Below, piece after piece: positions 40,448-51,567 of a stretch of 64,000 bases of DNA. The first letter of the stretch is position 1. Every line of letters begins with the position of its first letter. The notes below the pieces were generated by a model. The model was not told the origin of the DNA. It searched no databases and worked only from the letters and a program-made list of their open reading frames with translations. The translations under genes and the position numbers were made by a program. The DNA lies in contig DATAZG010000057.1 in the NCBI GenBank assembly GCA_036272155.1, positions 2,547 through 66,546 of the forward strand, in the 5' to 3' direction. Origin of the DNA: Pseudonocardia sp. (GTDB lineage Bacteria > Actinomycetota > Actinomycetes > Mycobacteriales > Pseudonocardiaceae).

Positions 40448-40963
40448 TCAGTGGGCCGAGGCGGCGACCCCGACGATCATCATCACGAACGAGCCGATGG
40501 CCAGCGCGATGGCCGCCGTGAACACCGCGCTGAGGATGATCCCGGCGGTGGCCAGGCCCTCGCCCTGCTCGTCGCTCTTCTTCAGCTGGCTCCGCGCGAC
40601 CAGCCCGACGATCACGCCGGCCGGCGGGAACAGGAACGCCAGCACCAGCGACAGCACCGCCATGACGTTGGTCGGCCTCGGTGAGTACGGCGGTGCGTAG
40701 CCCAGCTGTGTGCCGTACCCGGGCTGGCCGGGGTAGGGCGGTTGCATCTGGTACGTCGGCTGGTTCGGATAACCGGGCTGGCCGGCGTAGCGCGGCTGTT
40801 CGCCGTAGCCGGGGTAGTTGCCGTAGCCGGGCTGGGGCTGGCCGCCGTAACCGGGCTGGCCGCCGTAACCGGGCTGGCCGCTGTAACCGGGCTGGTCGCC
40901 GTGGCCGGGCTGGCCGCCGTAACCGGGTTGGGCGTCGTGGCCCGGCTCGCTCGCGTTGGACAT
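40448..40963 (-). CDS. DUF4190-type membrane protein with QPGYGG repeats
   Basis: PTNVMAVLSLVLAF...QGEGLATAGIIL; 18-bp coding repeats. Confidence 0.85.
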   Translation of the reverse strand: MSNASEPGHDAQPGYGGQPGHGDQPGYSGQPGYGGQPGYGGQPQPGYGNYPGYGEQPRYAGQPGYPNQPTYQMQPPYPGQPGYGTQLGYAPPYSPRPTNVMAVLSLVLAFLFPPAGVIVGLVARSQLKKSDEQGEGLATAGIILSAVFTAAIALAIGSFVMMIVGVAASAH

Positions 40964-41117
40964 CGTGACTGCCTCCCGCCCCGGTGGTCGCGTTATATCC
41001 CTCCTGGAACGGTGACACACCGGGGGTCGTTCGGGGCAATGAATTGATGGGCCGCACGGGCGCGCACATCGCGCGCGGGTGCCGGGGGTTGTCGCCGGTG
41101 GGCCGTAGGCTGGGTGG

Positions 41118-41849
41118 GTGACCCTGTGGCGTGACACCGGTGTGGTGCTGCGGGTGCAGAAGCTGGGCGAGGCCGACCGGATCGCCACGCTGCTCACCCG
41201 CCGGCGCGGCAAGGTGCGCGCGGTGGCCAAGGGGGTGCGCCGCACGCGGTCGCGCTGGGGCGCCCGGCTGGAGCCGTTCAACCACGTCGACCTGCAGTGC
41301 TACACCGGCCGCACCCTGGACGTGGTGACCCAGGCGCAGACCGTCGACGCGTTCGGCGCCGGCCTCGTCGGCGACTACACCCGGTACACGACAGCGTGCG
41401 CGGTGCTGGAGACCACCGACCGGCTGGCCGCCGAGGAGGGCGAGCCGGGGCTGCGGCTGTATCTGCTGGTCGTCGGGGCGTTGCGGGCGCTGGCCGGTCG
41501 GGAGCGCGACCCGCACCTGGTGCTGGACGCGTTCCTGCTGCGCGCGATGGGCTACGCGGGCTGGGCGCCGGCGATCACCGAGTGTGCCCGGTGCGCGGAG
41601 CCCGGTCCGCACCGCGCGTTCAACGTGGCCGCCGGGGGAGCGGTGTGCTCCCGGTGCCGCCCGGCCGGTTCGGTGAGCCCGTCGCCGGAGACGTTCCAGC
41701 TGCTCGACGCGCTGCTGCACGGCGACTGGCCGATCGCCGACGCGGCCACCTCGCCGGTCCGCCGCGACACCAGCGGCCTGGTCGCCGCCCACCTGCAGTG
41801 GCACCTGGAGCGCCAGCTCCGCTCGCTGCCACTGGTCGAACGCCGGTAG
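41118..41849 (+). CDS. recO: DNA repair protein RecO
   Basis: KLGEADRI, RAVAKGVRR, CxxC...CxxC. Confidence 0.96.
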   Translation: MTLWRDTGVVLRVQKLGEADRIATLLTRRRGKVRAVAKGVRRTRSRWGARLEPFNHVDLQCYTGRTLDVVTQAQTVDAFGAGLVGDYTRYTTACAVLETTDRLAAEEGEPGLRLYLLVVGALRALAGRERDPHLVLDAFLLRAMGYAGWAPAITECARCAEPGPHRAFNVAAGGAVCSRCRPAGSVSPSPETFQLLDALLHGDWPIADAATSPVRRDTSGLVAAHLQWHLERQLRSLPLVERR

Positions 41850-41860
41850 GGAGAGCCTGC

Positions 41861-42151
41861 TTGTCACCGAGGTTGGAGATCAACTACTGCACGCAGTGCC
41901 GCTGGCTGCTGCGGGCGGCGTGGCTGGCCCAGGAGCTGTTGACCACGTTCGAGGCGGAGCTCGGCGAGGTGGCGCTGGTCCCGGGCACCGGTGGGGTGTT
42001 CCGGATCGTGCTGGACGGCGAGCTGATCTGGGACCGCAAGGAGCGCGGTTTCCCCGAGCTGCCGGTGCTCAAGCGCCTGGTCCGGGACCGCGTCGCCCCC
42101 GACCGCGGCCTCGGCCACACCGACCGCGCGGCCGCCGGCCCCGACGACTAG
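41861..42151 (+). CDS. SelW/Rdx-family protein
   Basis: TTG start; INYCTQCRWLLRAAWLAQELL...PGTGGVF...LGH. Confidence 0.9.
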   Translation: MSPRLEINYCTQCRWLLRAAWLAQELLTTFEAELGEVALVPGTGGVFRIVLDGELIWDRKERGFPELPVLKRLVRDRVAPDRGLGHTDRAAAGPDD

Positions 42152-42181
42152 CCCGCGGTGCTCGGCTGGCCCGGCGGGGAA

Positions 42182-43024
42182 CTAGTGCGTCAGGCTGATC
42201 AGGAGTACGCCGGCGAGCACCACGGCGGAGGCGACGATGCGCGGCCGGCCGAGCCGTTCGCCGAGGAACACGGTGCCGATCAGCGCGCCGAAGATGATGC
42301 TCGTCTCCCGCAGCGCGGCGATCGGGGCGAGCGCGCCGCTGGTCTGCGCCCAGAGCACGATCGAGTACGCGGCCAGCGAGACGACACCGCCGACGAGGCC
42401 GGGCACCGCGCACCGGCGCACCGCCGACGGAAGCAGCCGGCCGCGGCGCACCGCCGCGAGCACCGGCATCGGCGCGCTCTGCAGCAGGAACAGCCAGCCG
42501 ATGTACGTGGCCAGCGGCGCGACCGCCACGCCCAGCCCGTCGACCACGGTGTAGCCGGCGATCATCAGGCCGGTCAGCACGGCCGAGCCCAGCGCCGGCA
42601 GCTGCTTGCGCCCCGGCCGGCCACCGACGAGCACGAGCCCGAGCAGTCCGGCGGACACGGCGAGCACCCCGAGCAGCTCGGTGACCGGCAGCGCGCGGCC
42701 GAGCACGGTCACCGACACCAGCGCGACTACCCACGGCGAAGTGCCCCGGGCCAGCGGGTACATCTGGCTGAACTCGCCGAGCTGGTAGCTGGCCAGCAAC
42801 AGCAGGTTGTAGGCGATGTGCAGCACCGCCGAGGCCACCACGTACGGCCAGGCGGCCGCCGGCAGCGGGGGTCCGACGGCGAGCAGCACGCCACCGCCGG
42901 CCATGGTCGCGGTGCTGATCAGGCCGAAGCCGACGAGCCGGTCGGACACGCCGTGCGCGAGCGAGTTCCACGCGGCGTGCAGGAGGGCGGCGCCGAGCAC
43001 CGCGATCACGACCGCCGGCGTCAC
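42182..43024 (-). CDS. EamA/DMT transporter
   Basis: AALLHAAWN, YPLARGTSP, AALRETS. Confidence 0.9.
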   Translation of the reverse strand: MTPAVVIAVLGAALLHAAWNSLAHGVSDRLVGFGLISTATMAGGGVLLAVGPPLPAAAWPYVVASAVLHIAYNLLLLASYQLGEFSQMYPLARGTSPWVVALVSVTVLGRALPVTELLGVLAVSAGLLGLVLVGGRPGRKQLPALGSAVLTGLMIAGYTVVDGLGVAVAPLATYIGWLFLLQSAPMPVLAAVRRGRLLPSAVRRCAVPGLVGGVVSLAAYSIVLWAQTSGALAPIAALRETSIIFGALIGTVFLGERLGRPRIVASAVVLAGVLLISLTH

Positions 43025-43043
43025 GGACGAACCGGGACCGGAC

Positions 43044-43086
43044 GGCACTACGGCAACAGGCACTACGGCAACAGGCACTACGGCAA
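43044..43086. repeat. 15-bp tandem repeat GGCACTACGGCAACA x3
   Basis: Read directly, just upstream of the EamA start. Confidence 0.85.
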
Positions 43087-43371
43087 GAACGAGCACGGAC
43101 GGGACCGACAAGATGAGGCTCCTCGAGGCTGGCCCGCCGGTTCGGCGGGCGCGACAAACAGGAGCCCTCAGGGCTTTTGTCCCGTCAGGTGTGGACGGTG
43201 TTCGACCGCCCTGGCGCCGCTCGGTCCAGCCCCGACCACCCTGATTGTCGATCAACGAACTCGGCGGGCAGCCGGCGGAACCCTAGGCGCAACCACGTGC
43301 TGGGCTCGACGTTAACACCTCGTGCTCCGGCTGGCGCGGTGGGATCGCGGCCGGCGCCGTAGGCTCGGGTC

Positions 43372-44169
43372 GTGCCGTTCCAGCTGCCTCCCCCGCACGT
43401 TTCGGGCGCCCAGCCGCCGAAGATCCCCGCCGACCTGGTGCCGAACCATGTGGCACTGGTGATGGACGGCAACGGCCGCTGGGCCAACGCCCGTGGCCTG
43501 CCCCGGATCGAGGGGCACCGCCAGGGTGAGGCGTCGCTGATGGACGTGGCGTGGGGCTGCATCGACATCGGCGTGCGCTGGCTGTCCGCCTACGCCTTCT
43601 CCACCGAGAACTGGAAGCGCAGCCCCGACGAGGTGCGGTTCCTGATGGGCTTCAACCGGGACGTGATCCGGCGCCGGGTGGACGAGATGCACTCGATGGG
43701 CGTGCGGGTGCGCTGGGCCGGCCGGCGCCCCCGGCTGTGGCGCAGCGTGATCCGCGAGCTGGAGATCGCCGAGGAGAAGACCCGGCACAACGACGTGCTC
43801 ACGCTGACCATGTGCGTGAACTACGGCGGCCGCGCCGAGATCGCCGACGCCGTCAAGCAGATCGCCCGGCTCGCCGCCGAGGGCCGGATCAAGCCGGACA
43901 AGATCGACGAGCGGACCATCGCGCGCTACCTGGACGAGCCGGACATGCCGGACGTCGACCTGTTCGTGCGGTCCTCCGGCGAGCAGCGCACCTCCAACTT
44001 CCTGCTCTGGCAGTCGGCCTACGCGGAGATGGTCTTCCTGGACACCCTGTTCCCGGACTTCGATCGCCGGCACCTGTGGGAGGCGGTCGAGATCTACGCC
44101 AGGCGCAACCGGCGCTTCGGCGGCGCGGTGGACAAGGCGTCCGAGGACGCGGCGGGAGCACAGGCATGA
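43372..44169 (+). CDS. uppS: cis-prenyl (decaprenyl/undecaprenyl) diphosphate synthase
   Basis: [38 protein letters not shown]. Confidence 0.96.
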   Translation: MPFQLPPPHVSGAQPPKIPADLVPNHVALVMDGNGRWANARGLPRIEGHRQGEASLMDVAWGCIDIGVRWLSAYAFSTENWKRSPDEVRFLMGFNRDVIRRRVDEMHSMGVRVRWAGRRPRLWRSVIRELEIAEEKTRHNDVLTLTMCVNYGGRAEIADAVKQIARLAAEGRIKPDKIDERTIARYLDEPDMPDVDLFVRSSGEQRTSNFLLWQSAYAEMVFLDTLFPDFDRRHLWEAVEIYARRNRRFGGAVDKASEDAAGAQA

Positions 44170-44588
44170 GCCCTGATTCGAGTGCCGACACGGCGGCCAT
44201 GCTCGAGACCGCGAAGAAGGCGCTGGAGCGGTTCCACGAGGTCCGGGTGGACGACGACGGCGCGCTGTCGTTCCGGCACAGCGAGGTGCCCTGCGCGCTG
44301 CAGGGCGTCGAGCTGTCCGAGGGCCTGCAGGTGCTCAGCCTGACCTGTGTCGTCGCCTGGGACCTGCCGGCCGACTCGGACATCCCGCTGCGGCTGGCCG
44401 AACGCGCCGGCCAGGGCCTGTTCGGCACGCTCGGCGCGATCCGCACCGACCGCGGCTGGGACGTCACCCTGCGCTACGTGTTCCCGGCCGCCGGGCTGGG
44501 CATCGAGGCGATGGGCACGCTGCTCATGCTGGTGGTCTCGAACGCCTCGACGCTGCGCACCGAGCTGCTCACGCCGGCCGCGAGCTAG
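44166..44588 (+). CDS. Conserved hypothetical protein coupled to uppS
   Basis: ATGA overlap; MSPDSSADT...[12 protein letters not shown]. Confidence 0.75.
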   Translation: MSPDSSADTAAMLETAKKALERFHEVRVDDDGALSFRHSEVPCALQGVELSEGLQVLSLTCVVAWDLPADSDIPLRLAERAGQGLFGTLGAIRTDRGWDVTLRYVFPAAGLGIEAMGTLLMLVVSNASTLRTELLTPAAS

Positions 44589-44622
44589 GCCCCCGCCGGC
44601 CCAGGTGCCGGCCGGCGGGCCC

Positions 44623-45246
44623 TCAGCCGGCCGGCTCGTCGGCGCCGGCGGTGTCGTCCGCGTCGTCCAGCCGGATCTCGGGCAGCGCGCTGAGCAGCTG
44701 CACGCTCATGCCCCTGGCGGACTCGAAGGCGGCCCGCTGCGCCTCGCCCATCCGCTGGTCGACGAGCTTGCTCAGCTCGAGCGCGAGCCGCCCGGTCTGG
44801 CGCACCGCGAGCTCCTCGACGGGCTCCAGCGGGGTGGACACGATCGCGATGCCCTCGGCCCGGCCGTCGCCGTCCAGGGCTGCCCCGATCAGGAACCGCT
44901 CGCGCGGGTTGGTGGTGGTCGAGGTGAGGTGGTCGCGCAGCTTGCGCAGCATCGAGTGCCACTGCACGACCTCGCCCCGCAGACCGGTCTCGGCGAGGTC
45001 GCGCTCGGTCAGCCCGGTGCGCTTGCCGCCCTCGGGGAAGCAGCGCACGTAGGCGATCAGCGCGGCGGACCAGAGCGCGTGGCTGACCACGTCGTCGGGC
45101 ACCGGCCTGGCCAACCGGGCGACCAGCTCCTCACAGCATTTGAGCACGAACTGCAGGTCCTCGAAGATGGACGCCAAGCCGGCCAGCTCGGTGGACTCGG
45201 GAGTGCTCAGCTGGCGCACCGCGCTGGGTGCCTGGGTCTCGGTCAC
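44623..45246 (-). CDS. Hypothetical protein
   Basis: Typical codon bias; LWSAALIAYVRCF; no family recognised. Confidence 0.7.
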   Translation of the reverse strand: MTETQAPSAVRQLSTPESTELAGLASIFEDLQFVLKCCEELVARLARPVPDDVVSHALWSAALIAYVRCFPEGGKRTGLTERDLAETGLRGEVVQWHSMLRKLRDHLTSTTTNPRERFLIGAALDGDGRAEGIAIVSTPLEPVEELAVRQTGRLALELSKLVDQRMGEAQRAAFESARGMSVQLLSALPEIRLDDADDTAGADEPAG

Positions 45247-45299
45247 GCCCGGACGCTAGCCGGGTCCGGCCCCGACCGGTGTGTCTTGTTGAGACGCGC

Positions 45300-45728
45300 C
45301 TAGCGGGCCCGCTCACTGAGGCACTTCGCGCACACGCCGAAGACCTCCACCGTGTGGCTGACCTCGGAGAAACCGTTCTCCTCCGCGATCCGCTGCGCCC
45401 AGCTCTCCACCGCCGGACCCTCCACCTCGACCGTGCGCCCGCAGCGCCGGCAGACCAGGTGGTGGTGATGGTGGGTGGAACAGCGCCGGTAGACGGCCTC
45501 ACCCGAGTCGGTGCGCAGCACGTCGACCTCGCCGGACTCGGACAGGTTCTGCAGCGTCCGGTAGACGGTGGTCAGCCCGATGCCCTCGCCGTCGCGGCGC
45601 AGCTCCTCGTGGATCTCCTGGGCGGACCGGAAGTCGTCCAGGCGGTCCAGCAGCGCGGACACCGCCGCCCGCTGCCGGGTCGACCGCAACGCCCGGTTCG
45701 CCGTCGGACCGGTGGCGACCTCACTCAC
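45300..45728 (-). CDS. zur: Zur/FurB zinc uptake regulator
   Basis: GLTTVYRTL, HHHHLVCRRC, CAKC. Confidence 0.93.
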   Translation of the reverse strand: MSEVATGPTANRALRSTRQRAAVSALLDRLDDFRSAQEIHEELRRDGEGIGLTTVYRTLQNLSESGEVDVLRTDSGEAVYRRCSTHHHHHLVCRRCGRTVEVEGPAVESWAQRIAEENGFSEVSHTVEVFGVCAKCLSERAR

Positions 45729-45805
45729 ACGACCACCTCGCTGCGCTCGGCGCCCGCGCGAGCCAACACTGCTGTGACATTGGTTCGCTCGCTGCGCTCG
45801 CTCAC
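45725..45805 (-). repeat. Family D element, copy 2; encodes a 26-aa coupled mini-ORF
   Basis: [12 protein letters not shown] then VSERSERTNVTAVLARAGAERSEVVV*; its TGA overlaps the zur GTG. Confidence 0.75.
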
Positions 45806-45851
45806 GACTCCTCCTTGCCGGGGTTCGCCGGGCCGGCGCACGCCACCCGTC

Positions 45852-46292
45852 TCACGAACCCTCCTCCGCGTGCGCCACCGCGTCCATCACGATGTGCGCC
45901 AGGTGCTCGTCCACCAGCCGGTACACGACCTCACGGCCGTGCCGCTCGCCGGCCACCACCCCCGCCGCCTTGAGCACCCGCAGGTGCTGGCTGATCAGCG
46001 GCTGGGTCACCTGCAGGGCCTCGACCAGCTCGTGCACACACCGCTCCGACTCCCGCAGCTGCAGGACGATGGCGATCCGCACCGGCGCGGCCAGCGCGCG
46101 CAGCAGCTCGCCGGCGGCGGCCAGGGTGGCCGGCCTCCGGGCCGGCGCGGGCGGCGCGGCCGGCCGTTCCGTCGAGTGCACCTCTCCCGTCGCCTCGGCA
46201 ACCCCGGTTCCGACCGCTGTGCCCGTCGCCTCGGCCGTGGCGATCCCGATGCTCGCGTCGACGTGCCCGGTGTCCGAACGCAGCGTGGTCAT
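45852..46292 (-). CDS. smtB: SmtB-like ArsR regulator
   Basis: LLRALAAPVRIAI, SQHLRVL, DEHLAHIVMDAVAHAEE alpha5 site; upstream of zur. Confidence 0.88.
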   Translation of the reverse strand: MTTLRSDTGHVDASIGIATAEATGTAVGTGVAEATGEVHSTERPAAPPAPARRPATLAAAGELLRALAAPVRIAIVLQLRESERCVHELVEALQVTQPLISQHLRVLKAAGVVAGERHGREVVYRLVDEHLAHIVMDAVAHAEEGS

Positions 46293-46384
46293 CAAATCGC
46301 TCCCCGCCCGGGCTGGGACGCCCGGTGTTGCCAGCCGTGGATGTGCTCGCCCGCCATGGTAGGACGCCGGTAACCTGCCTCGCT

Positions 46385-46723
46385 GTGCTGCTGATCTGCC
46401 GGTACCAGGTGTCACCCGAGCGGGAGGCGTCCTTCGTCGACCGCGCCAGGCGCGCGTTGGCCCTGCTCACCAGGGCCGATGGCTGTCTGGACGGGAGCTT
46501 GGCGCGCGCCTTCGACCAGCCGGACCGCTGGGTGCTGACCGTGCGGTTCGCCTCTGTGGTGGACTACCGCAGGGCGATGTCCCCGTTCGAGGTGCGTGAG
46601 CACGTGGTGCCGCTGCTGTCCGAGGCGCTGGCCGACGAGCCGGCCACCTACGAGACGCTCGCCGAGGCCTCGGCCGGCGCCGTCACCGAGCACGTCAGCC
46701 TGATCGAGGACCGCCGCGGCTAG
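46385..46723 (+). CDS. Antibiotic biosynthesis monooxygenase (ABM) family protein
   Basis: LARAFDQPDRWVL...YRRAMSPFEVR. Confidence 0.75.
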   Translation: MLLICRYQVSPEREASFVDRARRALALLTRADGCLDGSLARAFDQPDRWVLTVRFASVVDYRRAMSPFEVREHVVPLLSEALADEPATYETLAEASAGAVTEHVSLIEDRRG

Positions 46724-47562
46724 TCCCGAGTGCGGCGGACCAGGTCGACCATCGCCGTGCGCACCTCCAGCGGGGTGTCGGTCGGGGCGTCGAAGCCGAA
46801 CCGGACCGCCTTGAGGTCGCCGTCGGGGGCGTCCCCGGCGAGCACGCTGAAGCCGTAGCGGTCCACGTCGACCATCCGCGCCGTCGCGGTGTCCGGCCGT
46901 CCGGCCAGTACCCGGCAGAACGCGACCAGCGCGTCGGCGTGGTCGTTGTTCATGTGGTCGACGATGCCGGCGCGGTGCGGCCGCAGCGGGTCGGGCTCGG
47001 CGCGGGCGTACTCGGCGGCGTCCACCCAGCTCATCCGGCCGAACCCGCCGACGAAGCGGGCCGAGGCGACCTCCAGCCGGTAGAGCCGGAAGTCGTCGAA
47101 GTCGACGTAGAACGCGTCCGCGTGCACGCTCCGGTAGTGCTCCCGGGCGGCGGTCCGCTCCGCGCCGGCCAGCGCGGTGACCTCGCCGAGCAGGGTGACC
47201 CGGCCACTGGCCAGCGGATCCCCGGCCGCTTCCTCGGTGACCATGATCGACGCGCGCGGGTCGGCGGTCAGGTTCCGGCTGTGCTCGGCCAGGTCGGAGA
47301 GGCAGAGCAGCGGGCGGCCCAGCTCGTCGACGGCGTGCGCGACCAGCGAGCCGAACGGCACGCCGCCCGAGTCGGCGGCGATCGTGCTCAGCGCGGCGGT
47401 GCGCCCGCCTGTGACGATCGTGCGGGCCCGCTCGGCGTCGGACGGCTCGCCGACCAGCCCGGGCGTGGCGTCCAGGGTGCGTTTCGTCCGGCCCAGGGCC
47501 GCGCTCGGTACGACGTGATCGGCGCGGCTGGCGGTGGGGGTGTCGACGGACGGTTCGGGCAC
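46720..47562 (-). CDS. HugZ-like split-barrel/PNPOx protein with DUF2470-type C-terminal domain
   Basis: PFGSLV, SDLAEHSRNL, FVGGFGRM, HMNNDHAD; GGAGGT RBS before GTG 47562. Confidence 0.87.
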   Translation of the reverse strand: MPEPSVDTPTASRADHVVPSAALGRTKRTLDATPGLVGEPSDAERARTIVTGGRTAALSTIAADSGGVPFGSLVAHAVDELGRPLLCLSDLAEHSRNLTADPRASIMVTEEAAGDPLASGRVTLLGEVTALAGAERTAAREHYRSVHADAFYVDFDDFRLYRLEVASARFVGGFGRMSWVDAAEYARAEPDPLRPHRAGIVDHMNNDHADALVAFCRVLAGRPDTATARMVDVDRYGFSVLAGDAPDGDLKAVRFGFDAPTDTPLEVRTAMVDLVRRTRD

Positions 47563-47578
47563 CGGACCTCCCGGGTCA

Positions 47579-47597
47579 CTAGGTAAGGGGAGCCTTA
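47579..47597. promoter_or_regulatory. Putative IdeR/DmdR1 iron box
   Basis: CTAGGTAAGGGGAGCCTTA, 15/19 to consensus, 16 nt upstream of the HugZ-like gene. Confidence 0.6.
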
Positions 47598-47736
47598 CTT
47601 GCCGGCTCGGTGGTGTCAAGGCGCACCATCCGGGCCGGGGCTCGGCCGGGTTAGTCGGTGGGCGGGGGTCTAGGGTCTCGGTACGCTTGCGCTGCTACGC
47701 ATCCTTCCCGTTCTTTCAGCTCCAGGAGCTCTCCTC

Positions 47737-49134
<1,398 letters not shown>

Positions 49135-49141
49135 CCCACCC

Positions 49142-49250
49142 CGCGACTCGCCCCCGCAAAATCCAGCGACTCGCCGAGGTGCTGGGCGGCGGTGCCCCAG
49201 CCCCCACGAGTCGGGGATTTTGTCAGGGTGAGTCGCGGATTCCGCCAGGG
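49142..49250. repeat. REP-like family C, copy 2 (inverted pair)
   Basis: CGACTCG...AAATCC..CGACTCG / CGAGTCGGGGATTTTGTCAGGGTGAGTCGCGGATTCC. Confidence 0.8.
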
Positions 49251-49954
49251 GTGCGGTTCTCGGACCGCGTCCTCCGCGCGCCGGGGTGTGTTGTCCCAGC
49301 GCCAGTCCGCGCGGCGGGGCCGGCCGGGCAGCGCGATGCGGCCGCACGCCCACAGCAGGTCGGCCCACGCGTCGTCGGTGCGCTCGACCTCGGGCATCAG
49401 CCGCTTGAGCACCCCCGCGCACACCGCCCGGTCCGGGGTCCAGCTGACGCCGAGGCCGCGCGCCACGTCGTAGGTGTGCACCACCGTCTCCAGCACCCCC
49501 ATGGCGGCGGCGCCCTCGGGGTCGGCCGGCCCGTAGGTGTGCTCGGCCCGGACGGTCGGTGGGGACACCCGGACGATGGCGGCCAGCAGCGCGGCCATCG
49601 CGGCCAGCCCCGCGAACAGGCCCTCCGGCCCGGCGGCGGGGTCGGACCGGATGGTGTTCGGCTCGCTGCCCGGGTACCGGGGTGCCGACTCGAACGGCAG
49701 GTACCCCAGGTAGCCCTCGGAGCCCAGGTGCGCGGCGTAGTAGAAGCGGTCGTCGGCGAGATGCTCGGCGGTCTCCCAGCAGGTCCAGGCCAGGTCGCCG
49801 GCCGGGGCGGTCCAGTCACCGTCGGCACCCTGGCGTAGCGCGGCGACCGATGCGGCCACCGAGGCGAGTACGTCGTCGGCGGTCACCGGTCCAGGTTGGT
49901 CAGTCACAACGCCGACCGTACGGGTGCCCGCGAGCCGGTTTCCGGGACCCGGTG

Positions 49955-50073
49955 CCCTGACGGAATCCCCGACTCACCCTGACGGAATCCCCGACTCGCG
50001 GGTGGGTGGGGTGTGTGCAACCGCGACCGGCGAGTCGCGGGATTTGTCAGGGTGAGTCGGGGGATTTGTCAGG
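49955..50073. repeat. REP-like family C, copy 3 (inverted pair of tandem units)
   Basis: CCCTGACGGAATCCCCGACTC x2 ... GAGTCGSGGGATTTGTCAGG x2. Confidence 0.82.
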
Positions 50074-51475
50074 CTCGCGTGCGGTTCTGGGGGCGTTGGC
50101 TGCAGAGGGCGGCGACCAGGCCCAGGACGCCGAGCAGCGCGAAGGAGCCGAACAGGTACCGGGCCGAGGTCGCTGTCTCCGGCTCGCCGAGGTTGACCGC
50201 GAGGCCGGTGAGCGCGGCGGCGAAGGCGTTGGCGACCAGTTGCACGGTGTTGATCGCGGCGGACGCCTTGTTGCCCTCCGAGGGGTCGGACACGCTGCTC
50301 ATCGCGGCCGTGCTCAGGTGCGGCCAGGCGATGCCCGTGCCGGCGCCGGTGACCAGGAACGCCAGCACCCACCCGGCGAACAGCCAACCGCCGGGCGCGG
50401 CGCGCACGGTCACCGCCGCCAGCAGCAGGCCGACGCCGACGACCACGGGGCCGGCGATGATGATCCGCCGGATGGTGACCGCGCGGGTGGCGCTGGCGCT
50501 GGGCAGCTCGCCGGCCGTCCAGCCGAGGGCGAGCGCCGCGCCGAGGAAACCGGCGGCCAGGGGCGGCAGTCCGGCGAGGCGCTGGCCGAACAGCGGGATG
50601 AACGCCTCGACCATGGAGCTCATCGCGAGCAGCGCGAGCGTGGCGTAGATCCAGCGCAGCCGGGACGGCCCCCTGTAGGTGGCGGCCGGCAGCACCCGCA
50701 CCCTGGCCCGCCGCTCGTAGGCGACGAACGCGGCGATCAGGGCCAGCCCGAGCAGCACGCCGAGCACCCCGACCAGCGGCGTGGCGATCACGCTGGCCAC
50801 GCTCACCACCAGCGCGGCCGACGCCAGCAGCACCAGTGCCACCAGCGGGACGGGTTCCGCCGCCGCCTCCGTCCGCGCGCCCGCCAGCGCCCGGGGTACC
50901 ACCGCGCCGACCAGCACCGCCGCCACCGCGACCGCCACGAACGCGCCGCGCCAGGAGCCGAACTCGGCGAACGCGCCACCCAGCGCCGGGCCGACGAAGG
51001 TACCGACGCCCCACATCGCGGACACGAACGCGCTGGCCCGCGTCCACAGGTGCGCCGGCAGGGCGGCCCGGATCAGCGCGTAGCCGAGCCCGGCCAGCAG
51101 CCCTCCGCCCGCGCCCTGCACCGCCCGCCCGACCAGCAGCACCGTCATCGTGGGCGCCACCGCGCAGACCACCGTGCCGGCCAGGAACAGCCCGAGCGCC
51201 ACCAGGTACGCCCCCCGGCTGCCCGCGCTGGCCAGCAGCGTGCCGACCAGGACGGCCGCGGCCACCGAGGCGAGCAGGAAGACCGTCGTGTTCCACGCGT
51301 AGAGGCGTTCGCCGCCGATCTCCCCGACCGCGGTGGGCAGCAGGCTGGTCGTGACGTAGACGTTGATCGCGTAGAGCGCGACGCCGCCGGCCAGCACGAC
51401 GGTCGCGCCGAGGTGCCGCCGACCGAGCAGCTCAGCCCAGCTCCCGGCGCCGCTCGTCGTCTCGGAGATCGTCAT
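50069..51475 (-). CDS. MFS efflux transporter (14-TM type)
   Basis: GRAVQGAGGG, GPALGG; many TM helices; ATG 51475. Confidence 0.9.
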   Translation of the reverse strand: MTISETTSGAGSWAELLGRRHLGATVVLAGGVALYAINVYVTTSLLPTAVGEIGGERLYAWNTTVFLLASVAAAVLVGTLLASAGSRGAYLVALGLFLAGTVVCAVAPTMTVLLVGRAVQGAGGGLLAGLGYALIRAALPAHLWTRASAFVSAMWGVGTFVGPALGGAFAEFGSWRGAFVAVAVAAVLVGAVVPRALAGARTEAAAEPVPLVALVLLASAALVVSVASVIATPLVGVLGVLLGLALIAAFVAYERRARVRVLPAATYRGPSRLRWIYATLALLAMSSMVEAFIPLFGQRLAGLPPLAAGFLGAALALGWTAGELPSASATRAVTIRRIIIAGPVVVGVGLLLAAVTVRAAPGGWLFAGWVLAFLVTGAGTGIAWPHLSTAAMSSVSDPSEGNKASAAINTVQLVANAFAAALTGLAVNLGEPETATSARYLFGSFALLGVLGLVAALCSQRPQNRTRA

Positions 51476-51481
51476 GGGAGC

Positions 51482-51512
51482 AGCTTGGGGCCTCAACCGC
51501 TGTTGAGGTCAA
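51482..51512 (-). promoter_or_regulatory. SoxR/MerR-type promoter with SoxR box
   Basis: Minus strand TTGACC-19 bp-CAAGCT-6 nt-ATG; the palindrome CCTCAAC-N4-GTTGAGG (51491-51508) spans the spacer. Confidence 0.8.
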
Positions 51513-51567
51513 CCACCGCCGGGGACGCCGGAGAAATGTGGCCGGTCGGCGCCGTACGCTGGGCTGC

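Noticed and set aside
41861-42151. Selenoprotein
   Set aside because: The motif is CxxC with no in-frame TGA.
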